Shown: one piece after another, positions 16,612 through 27,369 of the stretch | How the letters are laid out: each line of letters opens with the position of its first letter | Position numbering within the stretch: the stretch's first letter is position 1 | DNA from: Acidimicrobiales bacterium | GTDB lineage: Bacteria; Actinomycetota; Acidimicrobiia; Acidimicrobiales; JBBSGY01 | NCBI GenBank assembly: GCA_044220495.1 | Contig: JBGAQY010000004.1 | Coordinates: 11,069-75,068, forward strand | Length of the DNA: 64,000 nt | Direction of reading: 5' to 3' | The notes under the pieces: generated by a model | The model's input: the letters and a program-made list of their open reading frames with translations, nothing else | Database searches by the model: none | Told to the model about the DNA's origin: nothing | Translations under genes and position numbers: made by a program

Positions 16612-19600
16612 TCAAACGGCGAGTGCGCCGTCGACATCTGACGTGACCTTGATCGTCGAACCCTCGGCCCCTTTGACCACCTCGATGCCGACGGGGATGC
16701 GGCTGCGCAGTGCGTCGACGTGACTGATCACACCGACGAGACGACCGCCCTCGCGCAAGCGGTCGAGCTCGGCCATAGCTAGATCAAGCGTGTCGGCGTC
16801 GAGCGAGCCAAACCCTTCGTCGACAAACAGTGCTTCGATGGCAACTCCGCCTGCATGCTGTTGCACGACATCAGCAAGGCCCAGTGCGAGTGACAGTGAT
16901 GCCAAGAACATCTCACCGCCTGACAACGTGGAAACTTCGCGCTCGGTGCCGGTGTACGAGTCACTCACCAAAAGCGATAGGCCTGACGCCGCTTTGCGTT
17001 TCGCCAGCACATCGCTGTGACGCAACCGGTAGCGGCCGGCTGACATGAGCTGCAGGCGGATGCTCGCCGCGTCAGCAACCTCTTCGAGATACGACGCCAG
17101 CACGTAACGCTCAAGCGATATTCGACGAGCGTTTGATTGCTTGCCGTCGCATAACTGCGCCAGCGTGGTTAGACGATCACGCTCTGCCCTCAATGGTGCC
17201 AGCGATTCGTGTGAGTTGGCGAGTCGGTCGACAAGATCTACAAGCTCGTCGACTTGTGTTTCGAGTCGCGAAACAGACGCCACCAACTCTTGTGTTTGAT
17301 TGCGCGCAGTTTGTGCTCGCTGCTGTGTGCCGACAAGGTCGGGCGCCTCGGTGATTGTTTGGTGCGTCGGGTCGTCGAGTATTTGCTGTGCAGCCGATCG
17401 CGCGTGGTTCCAACGGTCGACTTGTTCGCGCATCAACTCGCGCTGATTGTCATCGCGCATTTGCAATGACAATTCGCCAGAGTCGACATCAGACATGCCG
17501 GCCGCATCCATTTCTTGGCGTAGCTGTGCAGCCGACTCAGCGCGTTGTTGCGAGCACATCTGCTCGTTGTGTTGGGCGCGCTCGAAACTGCCAATCAAGC
17601 TTGACAGCTTGGTCAACAATTTCAACCGACCGTCGACGTCGATTGCGGCAAAGTCGACATCAGGATTTTCAGCCTGCACACGCGCGAGCTCATCTCGCGC
17701 AGTCGTCACCTCGGTCTGTGCCTCGATGACAGCGTTGTGTACGGATTGCTGCTTGTCGTTAAGCACCTGAACTTGGGTTGTCAGTGATGCCAGCTGTTTC
17801 TGGAGGTCATTGCAACGTTCGAGATCTTGTGTGGCGTTAGCAAGTTGGGTGCGCATGTCATCGAGCTGCCGCTTGGCCGCACCGAGGTCGTCGACCGCCG
17901 CACCGGCGAGCGCGACTAGGCGATTGCACGCCGCTTGTTGCGCGGCGACGGCGTTAGTAGCGAGCTGTGACTTGCTCTGGGCGTTAGACCACTCGGCCTT
18001 GGCCTGAGCGACAGCTTTCTCATCGACGATGTCGTCAGACGCCGCTGGTTGCGGATGATCCAGTGAACCGCAGACCCGACAGGGGTCGCCGTCTTTTAAC
18101 CCGCGAGCGAGCTCGGAGGCCATCGTTTCGAGACGCCGTTGCAGTAGGTCTAGATATCGCTGCTGGAGATCGAGCGTGCGCTCGCTGGCGGCGCGCAGTT
18201 GAAGTTCTGCTGAGTCGAGCAGGCGGCGCTGTTCGACCAACTTCTGCCCAGCCTCGCACTGATCGGCGAGGCGAGAGACATCGGCCTGCAACCGATCTCG
18301 CAAGTCGGCCGATTGTCTGACTGTGCTGATCTCACGTTCGAGGTCGACTCGTTGATCTGATAGCGCATCGAGTTGCTGGTGACCGAGATCTAATTGCTGC
18401 GAGAGTTGGCTCAGCTTTACCTGTGCGGCGTTGACCAGTGAATGTTGTCGGTTGAATGCCAGCTTTGCGCTACCAAGAGCATGAGTGTCGGTTTCGGCGG
18501 CCCGGAGTTGTGACCACAATTCACCGCAGTCGTCAGACACCTCAGCAACGGCTGATCGAAGCGTGTCATCCCAGTCGAGATCGTTGCCAAGCGCGGCGAC
18601 CGCCGATTGGGCTGCAGCTCGCGCACCAGCAGCCTCGACAGCAGCGCGTTGGTTGGCAAGATGTGCGCGGTAGAGCGGACCCAGTGGAGCAACCCGATCG
18701 GCTCGCTCGAGTTCGATGCCAATGAGCTGCACCTCGTTGGCAGATTCGTCGAGAGCGGCAAGTCTCGTTTGAGCGCCGACCCGGCGTTGCCAGCGCTCGG
18801 TATCGAGTCGAACGGTCTGCAGCTGCTCATCGAGCACGTCGCTTCGTCGTTGGGCCTCGAGTAGTCGAGCGCGCTCACCAGCGAGTAGTGCTCGCGCATC
18901 ATGCGTGGCAGTCGCCATTTGCTGTAGCTCGCCGTCACGTTCACTGTCGGCGTGCGCCAAGGTGATGCCAAGCGCAGAGCAAAGTTCGTAGACGCGGCCC
19001 GCCCAGTGCCCGACGGCTTGCTCTTCGGCTGCGTAGTGATTGGCGGCCAACTCGGCTCGAGCGCGCAAACGTTCGGTGTAGACCTCAAAGCGCTCGGTGT
19101 GAAAGAGCGTGCGCAACAACTTCTCGCGGTCGTCAGCGCGTGCTTGAAGCGCGCGTGCGAATGCTCCTTGAGGGAGGACGACCACTTGCATGAACTGATT
19201 GGCGTCGAGCCCGATAAGTTCTTTGATGGCGGTGTCGACTTCGAGCACGACCGATGACACTGGCTGCCAGTCGTTGCCGACTCGCTTGAGCAGAGTTGCC
19301 TTGGCCCAATCGCGACGGACACCTTCGCCGCGTGACTTCGGACGATCTTGGGCCGGAGTGCGTGTGACTCGATAGTCATTGCCTTGAGCCGAGAACTCGA
19401 GCGTGGCGGTTGCTTGAGTGGCTAACGGTGCGTGATCGCTGCGCAGCTTGTCGGCGCTGCGAGGTGCCGGGATCTCGCCGTAGAGCGCAAAGCAAAGTGC
19501 GTCGAGCAAGGATGATTTGCCGGCGCCCGTCGGGCCGTGAATGTGAAATAGCCCGAACGGCGACAGCGCGTCGAAGTCAACAACGACATCACCCGCGTAT

Positions 19601-19638
19601 GAGCCCATGGCGGTGAATTCGAGTCGGTGTGGTCTCAC
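16612..19638 (-). CDS. sbcC: SbcC/Rad50-family exonuclease ATPase subunit
   Basis: 1008 aa. It has Walker A (GPTGAGKSS), a long coiled coil with a CxxC zinc hook (DPCRVCGS), the ABC signature (LSGGEMF) and Walker B (LFVDEGFGSLD). Confidence 0.9.
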   Translation of the reverse strand: MRPHRLEFTAMGSYAGDVVVDFDALSPFGLFHIHGPTGAGKSSLLDALCFALYGEIPAPRSADKLRSDHAPLATQATATLEFSAQGNDYRVTRTPAQDRPKSRGEGVRRDWAKATLLKRVGNDWQPVSSVVLEVDTAIKELIGLDANQFMQVVVLPQGAFARALQARADDREKLLRTLFHTERFEVYTERLRARAELAANHYAAEEQAVGHWAGRVYELCSALGITLAHADSERDGELQQMATATHDARALLAGERARLLEAQRRSDVLDEQLQTVRLDTERWQRRVGAQTRLAALDESANEVQLIGIELERADRVAPLGPLYRAHLANQRAAVEAAGARAAAQSAVAALGNDLDWDDTLRSAVAEVSDDCGELWSQLRAAETDTHALGSAKLAFNRQHSLVNAAQVKLSQLSQQLDLGHQQLDALSDQRVDLEREISTVRQSADLRDRLQADVSRLADQCEAGQKLVEQRRLLDSAELQLRAASERTLDLQQRYLDLLQRRLETMASELARGLKDGDPCRVCGSLDHPQPAASDDIVDEKAVAQAKAEWSNAQSKSQLATNAVAAQQAACNRLVALAGAAVDDLGAAKRQLDDMRTQLANATQDLERCNDLQKQLASLTTQVQVLNDKQQSVHNAVIEAQTEVTTARDELARVQAENPDVDFAAIDVDGRLKLLTKLSSLIGSFERAQHNEQMCSQQRAESAAQLRQEMDAAGMSDVDSGELSLQMRDDNQRELMREQVDRWNHARSAAQQILDDPTHQTITEAPDLVGTQQRAQTARNQTQELVASVSRLETQVDELVDLVDRLANSHESLAPLRAERDRLTTLAQLCDGKQSNARRISLERYVLASYLEEVADAASIRLQLMSAGRYRLRHSDVLAKRKAASGLSLLVSDSYTGTEREVSTLSGGEMFLASLSLALGLADVVQQHAGGVAIEALFVDEGFGSLDADTLDLAMAELDRLREGGRLVGVISHVDALRSRIPVGIEVVKGAEGSTIKVTSDVDGALAV

Positions 19639-19650
19639 TGCGCGACCGTT

Positions 19651-20844
19651 CTAAGCGGCTTGTTCGCGGCCGGGTACAACGGGCGCCTCGATGGCGTCGG
19701 CAAGATCGCCCATCTCTTCGGGTGACGGCGGGCGGTGTGCCATTTCGGTAAAGAAGTCGACGGTTAGATCGAGATCGTTCTTGCCTCGTACGCGCTCGGT
19801 GTAGGAAAGAGTTGCTCGAGTTTGAGCCGGTGGCTCGTGAACGAGGTGCACGGCGTGGGGAAAGCGACGACGCAATTGCGCCATTGGCTCGGCCGGCAAG
19901 ATTGCATCGGTAAGCACGGCTTGCACGTAACCCGCTTCGGCTTTCGCAAGTGAAGGATCGTGAAGCAACTGTTCGAGGTTGCCTCGAAGCTGGTGAAGCG
20001 AGCGCTGCACCGGATAGTCGATGCCTTCGACGCTCATCTCACCATTTATTGGTAGATCAACTAGCCACGCCCCCTTGGTATGAGCGTGCTCAGAGAATGA
20101 ATAGGCCATCAAAGACCCCGAATAACGCGACTTGCCTTTGCCGAGACTTTGGCGACCGTGCAGATGACCAAGCGCCCCGTAGTCAAAGCCCCGCAAACTA
20201 CCGAGGCCGACCTCGGCTGACCCACCGACAGCCAGCGCCAACTCGCTTTCACACGAAGTTCCGCCGGTGACGAAGGCATGCACGATGGCCACCGAACGCG
20301 TGCCAGGACGATTAGCCAAATCAGCGCGAGCACGGTCGAGAGCGAGACGCAGCAAACGCTCGTGTGAGCGCGCCTCAGGTTCGCCGAGTACATGACGCGC
20401 CGACTCGGGCTCGAGATAGGGAATGGGATAAAACGCAACGCACTCATCACCCGAGCGCTCGGGGATGAGAACCGGTTGACCGGCGAGGGCAATGTCGCCG
20501 CGCAGTGTGACACCACCAGCTGTGAGCATTCGCTCACCGAAACCGATGCGTGCTGCTGAGTCATGGTTGCCAGAAATGCCCACGATTCGGGCGCCGGCAT
20601 TGCGAATCTCACCAAGAGCGTGATCGAGCGCTTTAACTGCTTCGGCAGACGGAACCGCGCGGTCGTAGATATCGCCGGCCACAACGACGACGTCAACGGA
20701 TTCGGACTGCACGACGGCAGCTATGTGATCGAGCACTTGCACTTGGGCGTCGAGAAGTTGAACGCCGTGAAAGCTGCGCCCTAAGTGCCAGTCGGATGTG
20801 TGAAGAATTCGCACGTCATGAACGGTAATTAGGGGGTGTGACAT
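19651..20844 (-). CDS. sbcD: SbcD/Mre11-family nuclease subunit
   Basis: Phosphoesterase motifs ILHTSDWHLG, VVVAGDIYDR and ISGNHDS are present. The start is uncertain (ATG 20844 or ATG 20901). Confidence 0.85.
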   Translation of the reverse strand: MSHPLITVHDVRILHTSDWHLGRSFHGVQLLDAQVQVLDHIAAVVQSESVDVVVVAGDIYDRAVPSAEAVKALDHALGEIRNAGARIVGISGNHDSAARIGFGERMLTAGGVTLRGDIALAGQPVLIPERSGDECVAFYPIPYLEPESARHVLGEPEARSHERLLRLALDRARADLANRPGTRSVAIVHAFVTGGTSCESELALAVGGSAEVGLGSLRGFDYGALGHLHGRQSLGKGKSRYSGSLMAYSFSEHAHTKGAWLVDLPINGEMSVEGIDYPVQRSLHQLRGNLEQLLHDPSLAKAEAGYVQAVLTDAILPAEPMAQLRRRFPHAVHLVHEPPAQTRATLSYTERVRGKNDLDLTVDFFTEMAHRPPSPEEMGDLADAIEAPVVPGREQAA

Positions 20845-20962
20845 TTTGGTGGACGCCCACCGAGATTGGCCACAGAAATTCCGCTCGAAAATGCTGCACA
20901 TGGCTAGCTAACGACGCGCAATGATCCTGTTTTACGAAATTAGATGTGGAGTTGTTTTCAAA

Positions 20963-21880
20963 ATGTCAGTTGATCGTTTGGAGTTCGCCAATCTGTCCAA
21001 GCGTTACGGCGATGTAGTGGCGTTGGAGAATCTCGAGTTCGACGTCTCGGCCGGCGAGGTGTTTGGGTTCGTCGGGGGCAACGGGGCAGGCAAGACGACG
21101 GCGATGCGCATAGCCCTTGGAGTCGTAGAACCCGACCGTGGGCAAGTCAACTGGCGTGAGCACAAGGTCGACCTGCGAGCGTGGCGCCGATTTGGATACA
21201 TGCCCGAAGAACGTGGCCTTTACGCAAAAATGAAGGTGCGCGATCAGCTCGTATACCTTGCCGAACTTCACGGCATGAGCAACAAGGCCGCACATCAATC
21301 GGTTGAAGAGTGGGCCGAACGCCTTGGCGTTGCCCAGCGTCTCGAAGACGAGTTGCAGAAACTGAGCCTCGGCAACCAGCAACGCGTGCAACTGGCGGCT
21401 GCCCTCGTGCATCGCCCTGCCGTTTTGATTTTGGATGAACCGTTCTCGGGGCTTGACCCAATTGCCGTCGATGTCATGAGCAAGGTTTTGCGTAGCGAGT
21501 GTGATCGCGGGGTGCCGGTGTTGTTTTCGAGCCACCAACTCGACCTGGTCGAGCGAATCTGTGATCGCGTCGGCATCATCAATAAAGGCAGCATGATCGC
21601 TGTCGGCTCGGTCGACGAACTGCGCTCGTCGGGTGACTCGAGACTGGTGATCGAAGTCGATGGCGCGCCGGCTGATTGGTTGCAGCACATTGATGGGGTG
21701 CGGTCGTCGACGAACGAAGGTGGGCGGTTCGTGATCGAGCTCGACAGTCATGCCGACGAGCAAGCGATCTTGCAAAGGGCGATGTCATACGGCGGAGTCC
21801 GCGAATTCAGTCATCGCAAACCATCACTGACCGAACTCTTCCGCAATGTCGTGAGTGAAGAGGTGATCGAGCGTGTCTGA
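20963..21880 (+). CDS. ABC transporter ATP-binding protein (ABC-2/NatA-like)
   Basis: Walker A (GGNGAGKTT), signature (LSLGNQQR) and Walker B (LILDEPFSGLD) are present. I chose ATG 20963 over the track start at 20921. Confidence 0.85.
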   Translation: MSVDRLEFANLSKRYGDVVALENLEFDVSAGEVFGFVGGNGAGKTTAMRIALGVVEPDRGQVNWREHKVDLRAWRRFGYMPEERGLYAKMKVRDQLVYLAELHGMSNKAAHQSVEEWAERLGVAQRLEDELQKLSLGNQQRVQLAAALVHRPAVLILDEPFSGLDPIAVDVMSKVLRSECDRGVPVLFSSHQLDLVERICDRVGIINKGSMIAVGSVDELRSSGDSRLVIEVDGAPADWLQHIDGVRSSTNEGGRFVIELDSHADEQAILQRAMSYGGVREFSHRKPSLTELFRNVVSEEVIERV

Positions 21881-23084
21881 CGGCCAAGAAGACTTCACTC
21901 ATCTCACCAGGCGTCGCACTGTGTGGTTGGTCGCCCGGCGCGAGTTGTTGACACGCATGAAATCGAAAGCGTTCTTGGTGTCAACGGGCCTCACTGTCGC
22001 GGCCGTTGTGTTGACTTCGGTCTTGTTTCAAACGTTCAACAAGGAAGATGGCCCGCAACGAATTGCCGTCTCGGGTGGCGGGCAACAGCTCGAAACGTCG
22101 ATCGCGACAACAGCTGAGGCAGTCGGCCGCAAGGTGAATGTGCAGCCGGCGTTCGATGTGGCGAGCGCACGACAAGCCGTGCTCGATAGCCAGCTCGATG
22201 CGTTGGTAATCGACAACGGCGATCGCTTGCAGGTGGTTGTCAAAAGCAGCCTCAATGAACAACTAGAGAACGCGCTCAAGTTCGCAGCTGAGCGCGCCGC
22301 GCTTGATCGACAAATCACAGCCCTGGGTGGTGATCCGGTAGCCGTTACGCAGACGGTTTCGGCGGCGGGTGTCGATGTCGAAAAGTTGACACCACCGCGC
22401 GAATACAACAACGAACGGTTGGCGCTCGGCAGCATCGCCGGCATCCTCATCTACTTGATCTTGTTGATTACCGGCCAAATGGTTGCTCAGGGTGTCGTTG
22501 AAGAGAAGTCGAGTCGCATTGTCGAAGTGTTGTTGGCAACGATCCGCCCGGGTGAATTGATGACAGGCAAGGTGCTCGGCATTGGCATCGCTGGTTTGTT
22601 GCAAGTCTTTTTGATCGGCGTAGCTGGCGTGGGTTCAGGTTTGATTACAGGCGCGCTCAGCATTTCCGTGTCGGCCGCGGGCGGCGCGCTCGTTTGGTTC
22701 ATCGTGTGGTTCGTACTTGGGTTCTCACTGTTCTCGCTCGGCTTTGCAGCGTCGGCTGCACTCGTGTCGCGTCAAGAAGATGTGAACAGCGTCACCACGC
22801 CGATCATGAGTTTTCTAATCATTGGATACTTCGTGGGGATCGTTGTGCTTCCCAACGATCCGTCGAATCGGGTCGCCGAAGTTCTGTCACTAATCCCGGT
22901 GTTCGCACCGACGCTCATGCCGATGCGTCTCGCCATGGGTGGCGTTCCGGCATGGCAGGCCGCATTTTCTGCGCTGCTCGCACTTGCATGTATTCCAGCG
23001 CTCATGTGGTTGGCCGGTCGCATCTACCAACGGGCGATTGTCCGCACTGGTGGAAGGGTGAAACTCGCAGAAGTCTTGCGATAG
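21873..23084 (+). CDS. ABC-2 type transporter permease (NatB-like)
   Basis: 403 aa. It has an N-terminal TM helix, a large extracytoplasmic loop and a C-terminal block of 5-6 TM helices. It overlaps the ATPase gene by 8 nt. Confidence 0.75.
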   Translation: MSDGQEDFTHLTRRRTVWLVARRELLTRMKSKAFLVSTGLTVAAVVLTSVLFQTFNKEDGPQRIAVSGGGQQLETSIATTAEAVGRKVNVQPAFDVASARQAVLDSQLDALVIDNGDRLQVVVKSSLNEQLENALKFAAERAALDRQITALGGDPVAVTQTVSAAGVDVEKLTPPREYNNERLALGSIAGILIYLILLITGQMVAQGVVEEKSSRIVEVLLATIRPGELMTGKVLGIGIAGLLQVFLIGVAGVGSGLITGALSISVSAAGGALVWFIVWFVLGFSLFSLGFAASAALVSRQEDVNSVTTPIMSFLIIGYFVGIVVLPNDPSNRVAEVLSLIPVFAPTLMPMRLAMGGVPAWQAAFSALLALACIPALMWLAGRIYQRAIVRTGGRVKLAEVLR

Positions 23085-23092
23085 TCAACCTG

Positions 23093-23131
23093 TGTTCATT
23101 CATTTATCGACTAGTATGAATACTTATGCAC
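23093..23131. promoter_or_regulatory. tandem ARG boxes (ArgR operator) upstream of argC
   Basis: gtATGAATActtATGCAc (23114-23131) fits the ARG-box consensus TNTGAATWWWWATTCANW well. A weaker box, tgTTCATTcattTAtcga, lies at 23093-23110. Both are AT-rich in an otherwise GC-rich context, ~20-55 nt before the argC ATG, and argR closes the operon. Confidence 0.6.
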
Positions 23132-23148
23132 ATCGGTCGAGGCGCTAA

Positions 23149-24171
23149 ATGAAGGTGGGCGTCGTCGGCGCAAGCGGATATGTAGGCGGTGAGCTGCTGC
23201 GTTTGCTGTGCGACCATCCCGACGCCGAGATCGCCGCAGTGACGGCCGCCTCGAACGCGCACACATTGATTGGTGAGCACCATCCGCATCTCGTTCCGTT
23301 GCTAAACACCGAGATCCAAGAGACAACGGTCGACGCGTTGGCGCGCTGCGAAGTTGTGTTTCTGGCTCTTCCGCATGGCAACTCAGCAGCGCTGGCCGCA
23401 AGTTTGGGTGATGGTGTTGTTGTAATCGACTGTGGTGCTGACTTTCGTCTTGCTGAAGAGGCCGATTGGGTTACGTATTACGGGGGTGAACACGCCGGCA
23501 CGTGGCCATACGGTTTGCCCGAGTTTCCAGGCGCGCGCGACAAGCTCAAAGGTGCGCAGCGCATCGCCGTGCCGGGCTGCTATCCGACGGCGGCCACACT
23601 TGCGATGTGGCCTGCATTTGCAGCTGGGCTTGCCGAGCCAGACGTAGTTGTCATTGCTGCGTCAGGAACATCAGGTGCCGGGCGTTCGCCAAAACTCAAC
23701 TTGCTTGGCAGTGAAGTAATGGGCGCGATGAGTGCGTATGGGGTGGGTGGTCAACATCGCCACACACCAGAGATTCGACAAAACCTTTCGTCGGTGGCTG
23801 GGCAGCGCGTCACCGTGTCGTTCACGCCAATGCTTGCGCCGATGAGTCGTGGCATCTTGGCGACGGCAACGGCATCAGCGACCGCGAACGCAACTACTGC
23901 AGATGTAAGGCGCGCGTACGAAGACGCCTACGACACGGAAGCCTTCGTCACGCTGCTGCCCGAATCTCAATGGCCAACCACGGCCGCAGTTGCTGGTTCT
24001 AACTCGGCTCACGTTCAAGTTGCGTTCGATACTGGAGCTAACCGCATTGTGTCGGTGTGCGCGATCGACAACCTAACGAAAGGCACAGCCGGTGCCGCTG
24101 TGCAATCGATGAACCTCGCACTCGGTTTACCTGAAGGTCTTGGACTAACAACGATTGGAGTTGCTCCATGA
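23149..24171 (+). CDS. argC: N-acetyl-gamma-glutamyl-phosphate reductase
   Basis: 340 aa, with [20 protein letters not shown] and the active-site region VPGCYPTAA. It is the first gene of the argCJBDFR cluster. Confidence 0.9.
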   Translation: MKVGVVGASGYVGGELLRLLCDHPDAEIAAVTAASNAHTLIGEHHPHLVPLLNTEIQETTVDALARCEVVFLALPHGNSAALAASLGDGVVVIDCGADFRLAEEADWVTYYGGEHAGTWPYGLPEFPGARDKLKGAQRIAVPGCYPTAATLAMWPAFAAGLAEPDVVVIAASGTSGAGRSPKLNLLGSEVMGAMSAYGVGGQHRHTPEIRQNLSSVAGQRVTVSFTPMLAPMSRGILATATASATANATTADVRRAYEDAYDTEAFVTLLPESQWPTTAAVAGSNSAHVQVAFDTGANRIVSVCAIDNLTKGTAGAAVQSMNLALGLPEGLGLTTIGVAP

Positions 24172-25328
24172 GCATCACTACGCCCAAAGGATTTCGCGCC
24201 GGTGGCGTATCCGCCGGCCTAAAACCATCGGGCAATCCTGATGTTGCCCTCGTCATCAACGACGGCCCGGTATTCGCCGGCGCCGGAGTGTTCACAACGA
24301 ATCGAGTGAAGGCAGCGCCGGTCACTTGGTCGCAAAATGCCGTGCTCGATGGTGTGGTGCGCGCTGTTGTATTGAACTCTGGTGGCGCAAACGCATGCAC
24401 GGGCCCGAGTGGATACGACGACACGCAAACAACTGCAGGGCACGTCGCTCAGCTGTTGAACATTGAAGATGCCAACGACGTTGTTGTTTGCTCGACAGGT
24501 TTAATCGGTGAGCGCTTGCCAATGGCCAAACTGATTGCTGGCGTCAGTGCATGTGCCTCTCAGTTGTCGGCCGACGACGCCGGCGGAGCAGCGGCAGCGC
24601 AAGCGATCATGACAACCGACACGGTTCCAAAGGCAGCGATTGCTAACGGCACGGGTTACTCAGTTGCTGGCATGGCAAAAGGCGCGGGCATGCTCGCGCC
24701 TAGTCTCGCCACGATGCTGGTTGTGCTCACCACCGACGCTGATGTTGACGCAATCACGCTTGATGGCGCGTTGCGCAACGCAACGTCGCAGACTTTTGAT
24801 CGCCTCGACTCTGACGGATGTATGTCAACGAACGACACTGTGTTGCTACTGGCGTCAGGTGCGTCACAAGTGAGTCCGCAGACGGCCGAGTTCTACGACG
24901 CAGTGCAGACAGTTTGCGCTGACCTTGCTCGACAACTGATGGCAGATGCTGAGGGAGCAAGTAAGAACATCGCAATTCGTGTGCTCCACGCAGCGTCAGA
25001 GTCAGATGCTGTCGAGGTAGGGCGAGCTGTTTCGCGTAGCAACCTGCTGAAGTGTGCGATCCACGGCGAAGACCCAAACTGGGGGAGGGTGCTGTCTGCG
25101 GTGGGCACCACCCAGGCATTGTTTGACCCCGACCGCATTGACGTTGCCATTAACGGCATCTGGGTGTGTCGCTCTGGTTCGGTGGGTGAAGACCGAACAA
25201 AAATCGACATGAGTGCTCGCGATGTCGAGATCATTGTCGACCTCGATTCAGGCGATCACGAAGCCACCATTCTCACTAATGACTTGACGGCTGCGTACGT
25301 CCACGAAAATTCGGCCTATTCGACATGA
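24168..25328 (+). CDS. argJ: bifunctional ornithine acetyltransferase / N-acetylglutamate synthase
   Basis: 386 aa, with [14 protein letters not shown] and the autoprocessing-site region ([14 protein letters not shown]). Its start overlaps the argC stop by 4 nt. Confidence 0.9.
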   Translation: MSITTPKGFRAGGVSAGLKPSGNPDVALVINDGPVFAGAGVFTTNRVKAAPVTWSQNAVLDGVVRAVVLNSGGANACTGPSGYDDTQTTAGHVAQLLNIEDANDVVVCSTGLIGERLPMAKLIAGVSACASQLSADDAGGAAAAQAIMTTDTVPKAAIANGTGYSVAGMAKGAGMLAPSLATMLVVLTTDADVDAITLDGALRNATSQTFDRLDSDGCMSTNDTVLLLASGASQVSPQTAEFYDAVQTVCADLARQLMADAEGASKNIAIRVLHAASESDAVEVGRAVSRSNLLKCAIHGEDPNWGRVLSAVGTTQALFDPDRIDVAINGIWVCRSGSVGEDRTKIDMSARDVEIIVDLDSGDHEATILTNDLTAAYVHENSAYST

Positions 25329-26173
25329 GCGACTCCACCGCTCCGTTGAATGCCCAAGCCCTCGAGGCTTATGTAGGCAAGATCGTTGTCGTGAAGCTTG
25401 GCGGCAATGCAATGACTGATCCCGAACTCGAACAGGCTTTTGCCGACGACATAGCGATGATGCACGCAGCGGGTGTTTTACCGATCGTTATGCACGGTGG
25501 AGGTCCGCAGATCAATCAACATCTGCAACTGCTGGGCATGCAGTCGGCATTCATTGCCGGTATGCGCATCACTACGCCAGAAGTGATGCATGTTGCGCGC
25601 ATGGTGTTAACCGGAACCATCCAGCGCGACATCGTCAACAACATCAACCGACATGGCCCGATTGCGATTGGGCTATCGGGAGAAGACGCACATCTGCTCG
25701 TCGCTGAAGCGCGCAAAGTAATGATTGATGGCATCGGTGTCGATGTTGGTTTGGTGGGTGATGTCGTCGACGTCAATACCAACTTGCTCTACTCACTTCT
25801 GCAACAAGGTTTTGTGCCCGTCGTCACAGGTATTGGGCGAGGCAGTGACGGCACGGTTTACAACGTCAATGCCGATTCAGCGGCAGCCGCAGTTGCGATC
25901 GCGATGAACGCGCAACGACTGGTGATGCTCACTGATGTGCCTGGCCTCTATGCCGATTGGCCAGAGAGGAAGAAGTTGATCGCAACGCTGACTGCTGTGG
26001 AACTCGAAGAAATGTTGCCCGATATCAGCAGTGGGATGGCTCCAAAAATGGAGGCTTGCTTGCGCGCTGTCGATGGCAAGGTTGGGGCTGCGCACGTTCT
26101 CGACGGGCGCCTACCTCACGCGGCAGTGCTGTCGTTGACCGCTCCCGATTTTGGAACGACGGTAGTTCCATGA
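25325..26173 (+). CDS. argB: acetylglutamate kinase
   Basis: 282 aa, with VVVKLGGNAM, VMHGGGPQI and YNVNADSAA motifs. Confidence 0.9.
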   Translation: MSDSTAPLNAQALEAYVGKIVVVKLGGNAMTDPELEQAFADDIAMMHAAGVLPIVMHGGGPQINQHLQLLGMQSAFIAGMRITTPEVMHVARMVLTGTIQRDIVNNINRHGPIAIGLSGEDAHLLVAEARKVMIDGIGVDVGLVGDVVDVNTNLLYSLLQQGFVPVVTGIGRGSDGTVYNVNADSAAAAVAIAMNAQRLVMLTDVPGLYADWPERKKLIATLTAVELEEMLPDISSGMAPKMEACLRAVDGKVGAAHVLDGRLPHAAVLSLTAPDFGTTVVP

Positions 26174-27369
26174 CGGCCGAGAACGAACTGCAACAGCGTT
26201 GGCAAAAGGTGATGATGATGGGCGCCGTGCAGTCGCCGTCGTTGGCGTTGGTAAAAGGCGAGGGTTGCACGGTGTGGGATGCCCACGGCCGGCAATACAT
26301 CGATCTCATGGCTGGCGTCGCCGTTAACGCTCTCGGTCACGGCCACCCAGCAATCATTGACGCGGTCACGCGACAGATGAAGACGATCGGTCACGTGTCG
26401 AATCTTTATGCGTCAGAACCGGCAGTCGCACTTGCAGAGAAGCTCACACAGCTATTGGCAAGTAACGGCACGGGTCGCGTGTTCTTCACAAACTCAGGCG
26501 CTGAGTCAAACGAAGCAGCTTTCAAGATTGCGCGTCGCACCGGTCGTAAAAAAATAGTCAGCGCAATGTGGTCGTTTCATGGTCGCACGATGGCGGCTCT
26601 TGCTCTTACTGGTCAGCCCGATAAACAAGCCGGTTTTGAGCCGTTGCCAGGGCCGGTTGAACACGTGCCCTACGGCGATGTAGACGCGTTGCAAGCGATG
26701 GTCGACGGCGATACCGCTGCTGTGTTTCTGGAAGTTGTTCAAGGCGAAGGCGGTGTTATTCCTGCCCCTGCAGGCTATTTAGAGGCAGCGCGCTCAATTT
26801 GCGACAGCGCAGGCGCGTTGTTGGTGTTTGACGAAGTACAAACGGGCATTGGGCGCACCGGCGAATGGTTTGCGCATCAGCGCGCAAACGTGCGACCCGA
26901 TGTCATCACGTTGGCAAAAGGTCTGGGCGGCGGATTTCCGCTCGGCGCTTGCGTAGCTTTCAACGACACTGCGGAACTTCTCGGCAAAGGACAGCACGCA
27001 AGCACCTTTGGCGGAAACCCCGTTGCTGCGGCCGCCGCAAATGCCGTGATTGACACGATTGCCAAAGACGACTTGCTTACGAACGTGCAGGCGCAGGGCA
27101 AAGCACTGATGGCGGGCATCGAATCAATAGAGCATCCGCTCATTGATCACGTACGCGGGTTGGGGCTGATGTTGGGCATCGTTCTCACGACCGACAACGC
27201 AGTAGCGATCGAGCGTATTGCTCAACAGCAGGGTTTTCTCGTCAACCCGGTTAGGCCTGATGTCGTTCGTCTCGTGCCGCCGTTGATCATCAACGAGGGC
27301 GAGGTCGCACAGTTCGTCGACCAGCTGCCGGCAATTCTCGACGAGGCCCAAAAAGCGGTGACGACGTGA
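26170..27369 (+). CDS. argD: acetylornithine aminotransferase
   Basis: ATG 26170 overlaps the argB stop (ATGA). Class III aminotransferase motifs are present (FFTNSGAESNEAA, DEVQTGIGRTG, TLAKGLGGGFP). The track's upstream extension from 25957 lies inside argB in another frame. Confidence 0.9.
   Translation: MTAENELQQRWQKVMMMGAVQSPSLALVKGEGCTVWDAHGRQYIDLMAGVAVNALGHGHPAIIDAVTRQMKTIGHVSNLYASEPAVALAEKLTQLLASNGTGRVFFTNSGAESNEAAFKIARRTGRKKIVSAMWSFHGRTMAALALTGQPDKQAGFEPLPGPVEHVPYGDVDALQAMVDGDTAAVFLEVVQGEGGVIPAPAGYLEAARSICDSAGALLVFDEVQTGIGRTGEWFAHQRANVRPDVITLAKGLGGGFPLGACVAFNDTAELLGKGQHASTFGGNPVAAAAANAVIDTIAKDDLLTNVQAQGKALMAGIESIEHPLIDHVRGLGLMLGIVLTTDNAVAIERIAQQQGFLVNPVRPDVVRLVPPLIINEGEVAQFVDQLPAILDEAQKAVTT

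Noticed and set aside
16172-16646. Track ORFs 16172..16480, 16308..16646 and 16354..16575
   Set aside because: All lie over the RNase P RNA (16221..16569, minus strand), whose conserved P4 and other elements and P1 pairing explain the sequence.
18417-19379. 320-aa minus-strand ORF inside sbcC
   Set aside because: It is an alternative frame of the same strand within sbcC. Its Ser/Arg/Pro-rich translation has no motifs.
16612-20901. SbcC/SbcD pair as a possible defence module
   Set aside because: It has canonical Rad50-type Walker, signature and zinc-hook motifs and Mre11 phosphoesterase motifs. No accessory genes are present, so housekeeping SbcCD is the simpler reading.
20966-21775. 269-aa minus-strand ORF
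   Set aside because: It is antisense to the ABC ATPase gene, which has a full set of Walker and signature motifs.
25957-26169. N-terminal extension of argD in the ORF track
   Set aside because: It overlaps the argB coding region in another frame. ATG 26170, which overlaps the argB stop (ATGA), gives a canonical ArgD N-terminus.
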